Below, piece by piece: positions 27,850 through 41,042 of a stretch of DNA of 64,000 nt; within the stretch, counting starts at the first letter, position 1; every line of letters starts with the position of its first letter. The position numbers and the translations under genes are program-made. The DNA comes from Auanema rhodensis (Eukaryota; Animalia; Nematoda): contig OZ059896.1 in the NCBI GenBank assembly GCA_964057225.1, positions 14,508,001 through 14,572,000 of the forward strand, in the 5' to 3' direction. The notes beneath the pieces were generated by a model that had not been told where the DNA came from, did not search any database, and saw only the letters and a program-made list of their open reading frames with translations.

Positions 27850-30800
27850 AACTATAAAGAAATAAATGGAAAAATTGAATAAAGAAGGAAATGCAACACA
27901 ATCCAATGAGCGATGTTTGACTGAAATGATGGTTTTGGATATTTTCCTTCTGAGGTTTTCACGTGTTTTACGTAATTATTGTACTAATTGTATGGTATTT
28001 ATGCTAATTATGTGAAGAAAATATAAAATATAAGAAAATTTCATTTAAACTATAAGAAAATTAGTTTAATAAGCAAGGCACATCTTTGGGACGCGGATCT
28101 TGTGCTCGTAGGTCTCTTCGATCTCCTCAAGCATGTCGGTGGTCAAGACCTTCTCCTTGCGGAGTTCGCGCATCATCTTCTCAACAACTGGGAGAGACTT
28201 GCGAAGGCATCTGAAGGTCATTTGCTTGTAGGTGGTTTCGAATTCCTTCTTCTCAGTGCGGCAGCTCTTAACTGGCATCTCGGAGAAGCACATGCGGTGT
28301 CCACGCTCAAGAACGCGAGTGCGGAGCTCGGGCTCTGAAAAAAAAACAAAGTTGGGTTGCGATTGGATAAGAAACAAGCTGTACCTTCGTACTCGTTCAT
28401 AAGCTCTTCCTCGCTGCTGCTGGTCTCCTCACGGAGAATCTTGTAGTTGGACTCCTTGTTGAGCTCGTACTCGTCCATCTCGCATCTTTGGTTCTTGTGC
28501 AAGAAGCTCTTGTGGAACTCCATGAGGTCGGTGGTCTCGATGTTGTCAGCACGACGGAACTCGTTAGTTTCCTGGAATGAAATAGAATTCACAATAGTGA
28601 TGCTGGGCAATTAGAACAAACCTCGTTGTCGTAGTGTCCGCAGATTCCGCATTGCTTGTTCTTGTAAAGAGCAGAGAGTTGAATCTTGGCGTGGATTCCG
28701 TCGAAGGTGACGAGAACGTCTTCAAGATCGATCTTGTAGAGCTTCTCAGTGATGATGAAGATTCCGAAGTTCTCCAACTCTTCCTCAGACTTGATGATTT
28801 CTCCGTTGACCTTAACGATCATCTTCTCTCTCTTCAATTCGAGTTCGATGCTGTTCTTCTCGTGGTGGATGGTGAGGATCTTCTCTTCGGTGTTCTTGGC
28901 AACCTTCTCCATAAGAACGGTGAACTTGGGGATCTCAGAGGAGCAATCCTTGGCAAGAACAGTTTGGCATGGAACCATTGGAAGTCTGTAGAAGAGGTTA
29001 TCGAAGGTCTTGATCTCGTTGCTCTTGACGACGCATTCAGCGCGGGTCTCCTTCTCGATCTTCTCAGCGATGTGCTTCATGGAGTTGATAGATCCGTAGT
29101 GACGGCGGATGTTGAGGGTTGGGAGCTCGAATGGAACGACGATGTTGCGGAAGAGAACACGTTGCTCTGGGGTCTCAATGACGATGTCGCAGAAGCGGCG
29201 GCTGATTGGCTCGATGGTGAGCTTAGCCTCCATGCGTCCTTCGTACATCTTGTTGGTGAACTCAACTTGGGTGTTCATGAAGTTCCAGCTCTTGAGGAGA
29301 GAAAGGAAGTTGCGGAGGTACATCTTGTGCATTGGGCTGATCTTGTGCTCAGCAACAAGCTTGTATTGGTTCAACTTGGCGGCCTCGATGAGCTTCTCGG
29401 TCTCGGTAAGTCCGTTTTGCTCGCGCTCAACCTTCTTCATCCAGATCTTTTGGTCACGGCTTTGTTGTCCTTGGAGCTTGAGGTTCATGGTGTACTTCTC
29501 CTCAGATCCCCATTGGATTTCCATGTTTCCGATGAATTCACGGTGCATTTGATCGAACATTTGCTTGAAGGTCATTGGCATCTCTGGGTAGAGGGTTTGG
29601 ATCAAAGCCTTGAGTTCCCACTCGCGGGATTCCTCTCCGAAGGGAGTGCGACGGGCCTCAAAGTGGACACGGCAGTAACGGATCTTGTCGTCGCAGATGG
29701 CGCGGACCTCAGTCTCGAGCTTGTTCTTGATATCTCCGACAGTCTCAAGCTTGAAGGAGAGTCTGTGCTTGTAAGCCTTGACGATCTCAAGGTTCTTGAC
29801 GTACTTGGCGAAGACGTTGCGGCGTTCGCTCTCAGTCTCAGTCTTGTAGTCGGTCATCTCAACCTCGAAGTCTTCCTCCTCGGTCTCGTATCTCTTGTTC
29901 ATGGACTTCTTCTCATAGAAGTTTTCGAAAGTTGGGCTTTCCATTCTCTTGACTGGCTCGAAGACGTCCATTTCCATGTGGAAGACGATCTCGCGGACCT
30001 TCTCAGTCATGGGCTCGTACCAGATGTTGATGAGGTTGTCTCCGATAAGAACAGTCTTGTGCTCCTCGGTGGCGTAGAGTGGGAAGAATGGGCGACGGAT
30101 GCTTCCGGAAACCAAAACCTTCATTCCGGTCTTCTCGAAGTATTCACGCTCAATAGTCTCAACTGGGTAGCGAGAATCCTTGAGGTAGATGGTCTTCTCG
30201 ATGGTTTCGGGGTAGTGACGGGTTTCCTTGTCCCAGACGGCGACGTAGGTGACTGGGCGGGTCATGAGGTGGACAATGTGTCTCTTGGTCTCTGGAACCT
30301 TGAAGACGGTCTTGAGGGTGAGCTTGTCTTCCCAGTTGACGAACATTTGAAGATCGATGGGGGTGTTGATCTTGGCTCCGTGGAGAAGCTTGACTCCGGA
30401 GTAGACAACTGGAGTGCGGGCTTCAAGCTTGATGACGTGAGTGGAAGCAACCTCTGGCTTGGCAACAAGGTGGAGGCGGAGTCCGTTGAAGCGGTCAGAG
30501 CTCTTGGGCTCGAATTCAACCTTGATGTGTCCAGTGACGGTAGCGAGGGTTGGCATCTTGGATCCAAGAACGATTGGCATACCGAGGGCAGTTGGGATCT
30601 TGCGGATGGTCTCGTGAACGAAGACGGCTCCGGAAAGGGTGTAGTGGAATCCGTGGGAGAGAACACGCTCAATGTCTCCAAGCTCGATTCTTCCCTCGCG
30701 GGCGATCTTCTTGAAAAGCTCTGGGATGGTTTCCATGTCAATTGGAAGGAAAGCGTAGTCCATGTCCTTGTAACGGAAGTAGAGGAGAGCCTCTGGTTCG

Positions 30801-33383
30801 TCGTTGCTCATCTCACGGCGCTTGATGTTCAACTTCTCGGCGATGGTGCGGAGGATCTCGACTGGGCGGAAAGTGGCGGATCTCTTTCCACGGACGACAA
30901 GGGTCTCAAGTCCGGATTGCTCAACCTTGCGGATCATCTTGTTGAGGATGACGTCCATGTTGTTTTGGTAGAGTCCGATTTGAGCCAAGTACTTGTTCCA
31001 TTCTCCTCCGAAGACGGAGTCGAGGGAAGCCATGATTTCCTTGGGGAGGACAGATTCAGAGCTGAAGATGGAAGCCCAGTTGAAGGTAGCTCCAGTCATG
31101 TACTCGGTGTTGTAGAGAGTCCACTTGTTGAAGCGGCTGTCCAAGAGGTTTTGCTTAAGCTCAGTTGGGATGAGGCGGAGAGCCTTGGAAACACGGAGGG
31201 CCAAGACCTTCTCGCATGGGTTGGTGGACTTGGTGAGGGTGGAGAGGAGGTTGTAGGTGAAGACGCGGACTTGACGGCTGCGCTCAACGATGACTTGTTC
31301 AACAACTTGGCTGAGGATGGCTTCCTCTGGTCTGGTCATGAGGATGATGTTGAGGGCGGACATGCGGATCTCTGGGAGCTCCATGCGGTCCTTGTAGACT
31401 GGCATGAGGACATATTGGATCTTGCGTGGCATGACGGTGCGGAGACGGCGGAGAGCCTCGATGGCTTGGAGGCGGACGGTCTTCTCTTCCATCTTGTCAG
31501 CGATGATGGTGTTGAGGCTGTAGACGGAAACGTCAATGGCAGCGTTGGAGAGGGTCTTGATCATGAGGACCTTCTCGTAGCGGGTCTCGGCAGACTTGAA
31601 CTTGCGGATGAGTTGGTCGACGATCTTTTGCTTGAGGGAGCGAGTGCAGAGCTTCTCCTTCAATTCGTAGGCCATCTTCTCCTCGTTGTCTCCGCAGAAT
31701 CCAGAGACAATGGATCCGTAGGTGAGCCAGCAGGATTGACGGAGGACTGGGTTGCGGTGGGCAACATCAGACTCGCAGAAACGGTAGACGTCTTCAGCGA
31801 TGTATTCGGATGGGACACGGATCTCGGCGAGCATCTTGAAGAGTTGAGAAGCCTTGATGGGGTTCATTTGCTTCTTGGTCATCTTCTCAAGAAGGTGGCG
31901 GATGGTGACCTTGGTTCCGGAAAGAGCAAGGGAGTCGAAGAAGATGTGACGCATCTTCTCAACGGTCTTCTCCTCCATCTTCTCCATGTCGTACAAGAAG
32001 CGCTCGATCTTCTCGATCTCGTGCTCAGTGCAGAAACGGAGAACCTTGACAACGCGGGCGATGAGGTGGGTGGTCTCGAGTTCAACTCCGGATTCGAGGT
32101 CCTTGACAATCTTGTTGAAGATCTGCTTAACCATCTCGACCTTGTTGCTCCACATGGGGATGTGGCGAAGGTATTTCTCTTCTCCGGTCATAGCGAACAT
32201 CTCCTCGGCAATTTCCATCTCAGAGTTGTAGATGAGGGTTTCCTTCTCTTCAACTTGGATCTTCTCGATGGTCTTCTCGACCTCTCCGGCGTAGACAAGG
32301 CTGAGCTTGTTGTAGACGTAGGAGACGAGGAGTTGGTTCTTGTCGGCGATTGGGGCGAACAAGTGTTGGGAACGGAGTTCGACGTCGCGGATGAGGAACT
32401 TGTTCTCAGTGCGTCCGTGAGTGAGGTTGAAGGTCATGACGGTGGAAGAGAGCTTCTCGTCAGCGACGGTCTTCTCGCATTCTTCGCACTTCTCGACGAA
32501 GCGGCGTCCGTAACGGACTTCTGGGCGGATGTTGCACTTGTCGAAGTTGACGGACTTGGTCCATTGTTCGAATTCCTTGGATTCTTCGATTCTGGTGTAG
32601 GCAACCTCGCACTCTCCTTCGAGGGTACGCTGAAGTTCAAAAGGTTTTTGGGTTAAGCTCAGATGGCATTTACCTCGACAACGGTGAAGTAGTCGTTCTT
32701 GTGGATGTCTTCTTCCTCGGTCATGTGGTCGCGCATCTCAACTCCCTTCTTAACGTAGTTGATCTGAATTTCAAAAGATTAGAAAACTATAGGAAGAGAT
32801 TCTGAATACCTGGAGCATGTTGACGATGGACTTCTTGATGTTCTTGGACCAGGCGAGCTCTTCTCCGTCGAATTCGACATCTCCGACAAGTCCGTGCTTG
32901 TAGTTGAAGCGGATTGGGAGGGAGAGAAGACGTTCTTGCTCCTGAAACAAGGAAGATGAATTAGAAAAGAGGAAGTTTATATTACCTTCTCGAGGGTGAC
33001 CTCCTCCATGCTCTCGAATGGGAGCATTCTGAGGGTGTCGACCTCTTCCTGGCTAGTAGCCCAGCGGAGATTTCTCAATTGCATGCGGAACCAATATTCA
33101 GAAGATTCAGGTTGGATGCTGACAAGAGATTGGATACGAGTGATAGCCTTCTGGCTTTCAGAGACAGGTAAAGCAGTAGAGAGATGTCCATCGAAGAGAT
33201 AACGGTATTCACGCTCGGAGCGGAATTCGACTTCGTTGATATCGCGTCTCTCGAAAGATGGCAGACTAGCCAGGGTTAGCCCCAAGAGGCCAACGAGAAC
33301 GAGAAGTTTCATCGTTCTTGATGAGAGTCGTAGACTGTCCTTTACTGTTCAGTTCCTTTCTTATATATCAATTCATATTGACA
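27850..33383. repeat. Segmental duplication unit (~5.5 kb), direct repeat of 35118-40650
   Basis: Offset 7267-7268. The only differences I spotted are in the last vit intron (one extra A; GATTGGATAAG vs GATTCGATAAG). Confidence 0.93.
28066..33312 (-). CDS. vit-6: Vitellogenin, vit-6 type (copy A), 6 exons, ~1670 aa
   Basis: Signal peptide MKLLVLVGLLGLTLA; lipoprotein N-terminal domain (EYRYLFDG, RTLEGEC); internal cleavage site VVRGKRS; C-terminal vWD (CVVKSNEIKTFDN, LAKDCS, CGICGHYDNE). Confidence 0.95.
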
Positions 33384-33448
33384 TGTGCTTCCAATCATTT
33401 TCCCATTTCATTGCATTTCCTCAGTTTTTTTTTCTTTTCTTTGATAAG
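33353..33448 (-). promoter_or_regulatory. vit copy A core promoter: TATA, VPE1 (TGTCAAT, 33377-33383), upstream GATA site (TTGATAAG ~33441)
   Basis: The minus strand reads TGTCAATATGAATTGATATATAA, matching the known Caenorhabditis vit promoter layout. Confidence 0.65.
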
Positions 33449-35333
33449 ATCTTAATGGCTAATCAACTATCAACTATTCATTTTTATTCCAATAATTTTT
33501 CTAATTCTTTCTAACATGGTCAAGAGAATGAGTTATTGAAATTAAAAAACTTTTTGATAATTTTTTAATTTCAATAACTCATTCAGACAGAAATTTTCAA
33601 TTCGTCTTCAATGTTTTCTCACGTTGATCCTCAGTAGTTTCGAAACTTTATAATTTTTTTTTATTTTCAGAGAATTTTATTGAATGTTGTTATAGTTAAT
33701 TATAATAACTATAAAATCACTTAAAAGTTAAGAATATGTTTAATTTTTTATTTTCTTCTTATGTTAAAGATTTTAAAAATACAGGATAATCAATTTCTTA
33801 TTTTAAAAATTAGTTATGAAAATCAGATAAAAAGTTTAATGCACCCTTGATTGATTGGAGATTAGAAGAGATTGCGTGCATTCGACGTGTTATGGTCTCA
33901 AGTGAATATTGGATTTCATTTACAAAGACTAACATTTAGATTGAAATTGTTTATATTTACAAATTTTTTTATAAATGAATTATTGTAATTTTAATTTGTT
34001 TATCAAATTGTATTTTTATATATTTTTTTTTATTTTTGAAATAAATAAATATTTAACTTCAAATAAAAATATAAAAATAATATATATTTTATTATATAAT
34101 AATTTAAAAATAATAATTATATTGAATTAAGTTAAAATAACTTGTTTCTCTCATAATATCACATACGTATACTAGAACTTTCTTCCGAAAAATATGACAT
34201 TATGTTGTTATTTTTAAATTTTCAAATTAAAAATATATAAAATATAAAATAATATTTTTATTGATTTTACGATATTTTTGATGATATTTGCAAATACAGC
34301 AAGCTCTCTCCCCAGATAACTTACAGAGGTATTAAGTGGAATTTCAAAAATTAACGAAAAATTTAGATTGTTGGGATGATTATTCTTAATTTAAAAACTT
34401 TTAAAATAGAAATTCAATTGCTTATTATCATAAATGCTTGATCTTTTTGCTGTTTAATGACATTTTCAAAGACGTTTTGACTTGAGATGCCAATCAATCA
34501 TAATTCCTGTGGATTACTATAGTGTGTAGTTCATATTTAATTCTTTTACATTTCAATATTCTATATAGATATATATATTCTTTGGTATTATAATCTATTA
34601 TGAATATGATATTCTTAGTAAATAGGAGTAAAAGACAAATAAAAACTAAGAAAGGTTTTTGATACATTTACAGAAGAAGAACCACGCACATACCAGGATG
34701 AATCAATGATCTAGAAATATTAATATGGATGGAGCCTGTACCTGGAAGATAAGAAGCTGATGAAAAAATTTAATTTAGGATTGCTACAGTAGCACAAGGA
34801 GCAGAATTAAGGAAAAAACAAACGTAGAGTTGAAAAGTTAGAGAAAGAGAGTAGCCAATTTTTTGACAAAGCCTGTGAAATCTGAGAAACGTACAGTACA
34901 ATATATTGAAAGAGAGACAAAATCAAATAGGAAATCTGCACAGTATTTTGAAATAAAGAAAAGTATTTTCTTTGTAATATTTTATGTCACAATATCATAA
35001 TGTAGTCTCCAAGATTCATCATTTCTTATCAGAATTTGATTTCATAATTTGAAGAATGATATATGAATTTGACCCATTAAAGTCATTGTACTAATATTAC
35101 AAATTCATTAGGAATGAAACTATAAAGAAATAAATGGAAAAATTGAATAAAGAAGGAAATGCAACACAATCCAATGAGCGATGTTTGACTGAAATGATGG
35201 TTTTGGATATTTTCCTTCTGAGGTTTTCACGTGTTTTACGTAATTATTGTACTAATTGTATGGTATTTATGCTAATTATGTGAAGAAAATATAAAATATA
35301 AGAAAATTTCATTTAAACTATAAGAAAATTAGT

Positions 35334-38300
35334 TTAATAAGCAAGGCACATCTTTGGGACGCGGATCTTGTGCTCGTAGGTCTCTTCGATCTCCTCAAGC
35401 ATGTCGGTGGTCAAGACCTTCTCCTTGCGGAGTTCGCGCATCATCTTCTCAACAACTGGGAGAGACTTGCGAAGGCATCTGAAGGTCATTTGCTTGTAGG
35501 TGGTTTCGAATTCCTTCTTCTCAGTGCGGCAGCTCTTAACTGGCATCTCGGAGAAGCACATGCGGTGTCCACGCTCAAGAACGCGAGTGCGGAGCTCGGG
35601 CTCTGAAAAAAAACAAAGTTGGGTTGCGATTCGATAAGAAACAAGCTGTACCTTCGTACTCGTTCATAAGCTCTTCCTCGCTGCTGCTGGTCTCCTCACG
35701 GAGAATCTTGTAGTTGGACTCCTTGTTGAGCTCGTACTCGTCCATCTCGCATCTTTGGTTCTTGTGCAAGAAGCTCTTGTGGAACTCCATGAGGTCGGTG
35801 GTCTCGATGTTGTCAGCACGACGGAACTCGTTAGTTTCCTGGAATGAAATAGAATTCACAATAGTGATGCTGGGCAATTAGAACAAACCTCGTTGTCGTA
35901 GTGTCCGCAGATTCCGCATTGCTTGTTCTTGTAAAGAGCAGAGAGTTGAATCTTGGCGTGGATTCCGTCGAAGGTGACGAGAACGTCTTCAAGATCGATC
36001 TTGTAGAGCTTCTCAGTGATGATGAAGATTCCGAAGTTCTCCAACTCTTCCTCAGACTTGATGATTTCTCCGTTGACCTTAACGATCATCTTCTCTCTCT
36101 TCAATTCGAGTTCGATGCTGTTCTTCTCGTGGTGGATGGTGAGGATCTTCTCTTCGGTGTTCTTGGCAACCTTCTCCATAAGAACGGTGAACTTGGGGAT
36201 CTCAGAGGAGCAATCCTTGGCAAGAACAGTTTGGCATGGAACCATTGGAAGTCTGTAGAAGAGGTTATCGAAGGTCTTGATCTCGTTGCTCTTGACGACG
36301 CATTCAGCGCGGGTCTCCTTCTCGATCTTCTCAGCGATGTGCTTCATGGAGTTGATAGATCCGTAGTGACGGCGGATGTTGAGGGTTGGGAGCTCGAATG
36401 GAACGACGATGTTGCGGAAGAGAACACGTTGCTCTGGGGTCTCAATGACGATGTCGCAGAAGCGGCGGCTGATTGGCTCGATGGTGAGCTTAGCCTCCAT
36501 GCGTCCTTCGTACATCTTGTTGGTGAACTCAACTTGGGTGTTCATGAAGTTCCAGCTCTTGAGGAGAGAAAGGAAGTTGCGGAGGTACATCTTGTGCATT
36601 GGGCTGATCTTGTGCTCAGCAACAAGCTTGTATTGGTTCAACTTGGCGGCCTCGATGAGCTTCTCGGTCTCGGTAAGTCCGTTTTGCTCGCGCTCAACCT
36701 TCTTCATCCAGATCTTTTGGTCACGGCTTTGTTGTCCTTGGAGCTTGAGGTTCATGGTGTACTTCTCCTCAGATCCCCATTGGATTTCCATGTTTCCGAT
36801 GAATTCACGGTGCATTTGATCGAACATTTGCTTGAAGGTCATTGGCATCTCTGGGTAGAGGGTTTGGATCAAAGCCTTGAGTTCCCACTCGCGGGATTCC
36901 TCTCCGAAGGGAGTGCGACGGGCCTCAAAGTGGACACGGCAGTAACGGATCTTGTCGTCGCAGATGGCGCGGACCTCAGTCTCGAGCTTGTTCTTGATAT
37001 CTCCGACAGTCTCAAGCTTGAAGGAGAGTCTGTGCTTGTAAGCCTTGACGATCTCAAGGTTCTTGACGTACTTGGCGAAGACGTTGCGGCGTTCGCTCTC
37101 AGTCTCAGTCTTGTAGTCGGTCATCTCAACCTCGAAGTCTTCCTCCTCGGTCTCGTATCTCTTGTTCATGGACTTCTTCTCATAGAAGTTTTCGAAAGTT
37201 GGGCTTTCCATTCTCTTGACTGGCTCGAAGACGTCCATTTCCATGTGGAAGACGATCTCGCGGACCTTCTCAGTCATGGGCTCGTACCAGATGTTGATGA
37301 GGTTGTCTCCGATAAGAACAGTCTTGTGCTCCTCGGTGGCGTAGAGTGGGAAGAATGGGCGACGGATGCTTCCGGAAACCAAAACCTTCATTCCGGTCTT
37401 CTCGAAGTATTCACGCTCAATAGTCTCAACTGGGTAGCGAGAATCCTTGAGGTAGATGGTCTTCTCGATGGTTTCGGGGTAGTGACGGGTTTCCTTGTCC
37501 CAGACGGCGACGTAGGTGACTGGGCGGGTCATGAGGTGGACAATGTGTCTCTTGGTCTCTGGAACCTTGAAGACGGTCTTGAGGGTGAGCTTGTCTTCCC
37601 AGTTGACGAACATTTGAAGATCGATGGGGGTGTTGATCTTGGCTCCGTGGAGAAGCTTGACTCCGGAGTAGACAACTGGAGTGCGGGCTTCAAGCTTGAT
37701 GACGTGAGTGGAAGCAACCTCTGGCTTGGCAACAAGGTGGAGGCGGAGTCCGTTGAAGCGGTCAGAGCTCTTGGGCTCGAATTCAACCTTGATGTGTCCA
37801 GTGACGGTAGCGAGGGTTGGCATCTTGGATCCAAGAACGATTGGCATACCGAGGGCAGTTGGGATCTTGCGGATGGTCTCGTGAACGAAGACGGCTCCGG
37901 AAAGGGTGTAGTGGAATCCGTGGGAGAGAACACGCTCAATGTCTCCAAGCTCGATTCTTCCCTCGCGGGCGATCTTCTTGAAAAGCTCTGGGATGGTTTC
38001 CATGTCAATTGGAAGGAAAGCGTAGTCCATGTCCTTGTAACGGAAGTAGAGGAGAGCCTCTGGTTCGTCGTTGCTCATCTCACGGCGCTTGATGTTCAAC
38101 TTCTCGGCGATGGTGCGGAGGATCTCGACTGGGCGGAAAGTGGCGGATCTCTTTCCACGGACGACAAGGGTCTCAAGTCCGGATTGCTCAACCTTGCGGA
38201 TCATCTTGTTGAGGATGACGTCCATGTTGTTTTGGTAGAGTCCGATTTGAGCCAAGTACTTGTTCCATTCTCCTCCGAAGACGGAGTCGAGGGAAGCCAT

Positions 38301-40579
38301 GATTTCCTTGGGGAGGACAGATTCAGAGCTGAAGATGGAAGCCCAGTTGAAGGTAGCTCCAGTCATGTACTCGGTGTTGTAGAGAGTCCACTTGTTGAAG
38401 CGGCTGTCCAAGAGGTTTTGCTTAAGCTCAGTTGGGATGAGGCGGAGAGCCTTGGAAACACGGAGGGCCAAGACCTTCTCGCATGGGTTGGTGGACTTGG
38501 TGAGGGTGGAGAGGAGGTTGTAGGTGAAGACGCGGACTTGACGGCTGCGCTCAACGATGACTTGTTCAACAACTTGGCTGAGGATGGCTTCCTCTGGTCT
38601 GGTCATGAGGATGATGTTGAGGGCGGACATGCGGATCTCTGGGAGCTCCATGCGGTCCTTGTAGACTGGCATGAGGACATATTGGATCTTGCGTGGCATG
38701 ACGGTGCGGAGACGGCGGAGAGCCTCGATGGCTTGGAGGCGGACGGTCTTCTCTTCCATCTTGTCAGCGATGATGGTGTTGAGGCTGTAGACGGAAACGT
38801 CAATGGCAGCGTTGGAGAGGGTCTTGATCATGAGGACCTTCTCGTAGCGGGTCTCGGCAGACTTGAACTTGCGGATGAGTTGGTCGACGATCTTTTGCTT
38901 GAGGGAGCGAGTGCAGAGCTTCTCCTTCAATTCGTAGGCCATCTTCTCCTCGTTGTCTCCGCAGAATCCAGAGACAATGGATCCGTAGGTGAGCCAGCAG
39001 GATTGACGGAGGACTGGGTTGCGGTGGGCAACATCAGACTCGCAGAAACGGTAGACGTCTTCAGCGATGTATTCGGATGGGACACGGATCTCGGCGAGCA
39101 TCTTGAAGAGTTGAGAAGCCTTGATGGGGTTCATTTGCTTCTTGGTCATCTTCTCAAGAAGGTGGCGGATGGTGACCTTGGTTCCGGAAAGAGCAAGGGA
39201 GTCGAAGAAGATGTGACGCATCTTCTCAACGGTCTTCTCCTCCATCTTCTCCATGTCGTACAAGAAGCGCTCGATCTTCTCGATCTCGTGCTCAGTGCAG
39301 AAACGGAGAACCTTGACAACGCGGGCGATGAGGTGGGTGGTCTCGAGTTCAACTCCGGATTCGAGGTCCTTGACAATCTTGTTGAAGATCTGCTTAACCA
39401 TCTCGACCTTGTTGCTCCACATGGGGATGTGGCGAAGGTATTTCTCTTCTCCGGTCATAGCGAACATCTCCTCGGCAATTTCCATCTCAGAGTTGTAGAT
39501 GAGGGTTTCCTTCTCTTCAACTTGGATCTTCTCGATGGTCTTCTCGACCTCTCCGGCGTAGACAAGGCTGAGCTTGTTGTAGACGTAGGAGACGAGGAGT
39601 TGGTTCTTGTCGGCGATTGGGGCGAACAAGTGTTGGGAACGGAGTTCGACGTCGCGGATGAGGAACTTGTTCTCAGTGCGTCCGTGAGTGAGGTTGAAGG
39701 TCATGACGGTGGAAGAGAGCTTCTCGTCAGCGACGGTCTTCTCGCATTCTTCGCACTTCTCGACGAAGCGGCGTCCGTAACGGACTTCTGGGCGGATGTT
39801 GCACTTGTCGAAGTTGACGGACTTGGTCCATTGTTCGAATTCCTTGGATTCTTCGATTCTGGTGTAGGCAACCTCGCACTCTCCTTCGAGGGTACGCTGA
39901 AGTTCAAAAGGTTTTTGGGTTAAGCTCAGATGGCATTTACCTCGACAACGGTGAAGTAGTCGTTCTTGTGGATGTCTTCTTCCTCGGTCATGTGGTCGCG
40001 CATCTCAACTCCCTTCTTAACGTAGTTGATCTGAATTTCAAAAGATTAGAAAACTATAGGAAGAGATTCTGAATACCTGGAGCATGTTGACGATGGACTT
40101 CTTGATGTTCTTGGACCAGGCGAGCTCTTCTCCGTCGAATTCGACATCTCCGACAAGTCCGTGCTTGTAGTTGAAGCGGATTGGGAGGGAGAGAAGACGT
40201 TCTTGCTCCTGAAACAAGGAAGATGAATTAGAAAAGAGGAAGTTTATATTACCTTCTCGAGGGTGACCTCCTCCATGCTCTCGAATGGGAGCATTCTGAG
40301 GGTGTCGACCTCTTCCTGGCTAGTAGCCCAGCGGAGATTTCTCAATTGCATGCGGAACCAATATTCAGAAGATTCAGGTTGGATGCTGACAAGAGATTGG
40401 ATACGAGTGATAGCCTTCTGGCTTTCAGAGACAGGTAAAGCAGTAGAGAGATGTCCATCGAAGAGATAACGGTATTCACGCTCGGAGCGGAATTCGACTT
40501 CGTTGATATCGCGTCTCTCGAAAGATGGCAGACTAGCCAGGGTTAGCCCCAAGAGGCCAACGAGAACGAGAAGTTTCAT
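35334..40579 (-). CDS. vit-6: Vitellogenin, vit-6 type (copy B), 6 exons, ~1670 aa
   Basis: Translation and intron positions are the same as copies A and C. Confidence 0.95.
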
Positions 40580-41042
40580 CGTTCTTGATGAGAGTCGTAG
40601 ACTGTCCTTTACTGTTCAGTTCCTTTCTTATATATCAATTCATATTGACACATGCCCTGAGGCTATTCTACCAAGTCAATCATCTGTTATCTGCCGTTTT
40701 GGACTTTCTTGCTGATAACAATGTGTCTTGCAGAATACAAAAAAACTGCTTCAAACTTAGGCAAATACGAATTTCAAAAAAAAATGTTGAAAATTGAAAT
40801 AAATTGCATATACAGTTAAACTCAAATACTAAGTACACAGTTTAGTTAAAACTTTTAAGTTCTAAGTTTCAAGGAGTGGTGTCTCTTTATTATCAGTTGT
40901 TGAATGAAAAGTGAAAGTTGATGAGCAAATCAATAAGTATGATTGACTTGGTAGAATAGCCTCAGGGCATGTGTCAATATGAACTGATATATAAGAAAGG
41001 AACTGAACAGTAAAGGACAGTCTACGACTCTCATCAAGAACG
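40580..41042. promoter_or_regulatory. Bidirectional vitellogenin promoter: TATA plus VPE1 (TGTCAAT at 40644-40650 minus, 40972-40978 plus), VPE2/GATA (CTGATAA at 40712-40718 plus, 40890-40896 minus)
   Basis: Exact matches to the VPE1 and VPE2 heptamers established for Caenorhabditis vit genes; TATATAA lies 9 nt downstream of each VPE1. Confidence 0.8.

Noticed and set aside
28634-32656. 1340-aa antisense ORF (also 35901-39923 and 41699-45721)
   Set aside because: It mirrors vit exon 4 in frame. Avoidance of TTA, CTA and TCA in a highly expressed gene removes antisense stops, and the product has no recognisable domain.
34670-34940. EEEPRTYQD, reminiscent of a copia reverse-transcriptase start, between vit copies A and B
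   Set aside because: A stop follows within a few codons and no other retroelement motif is present.
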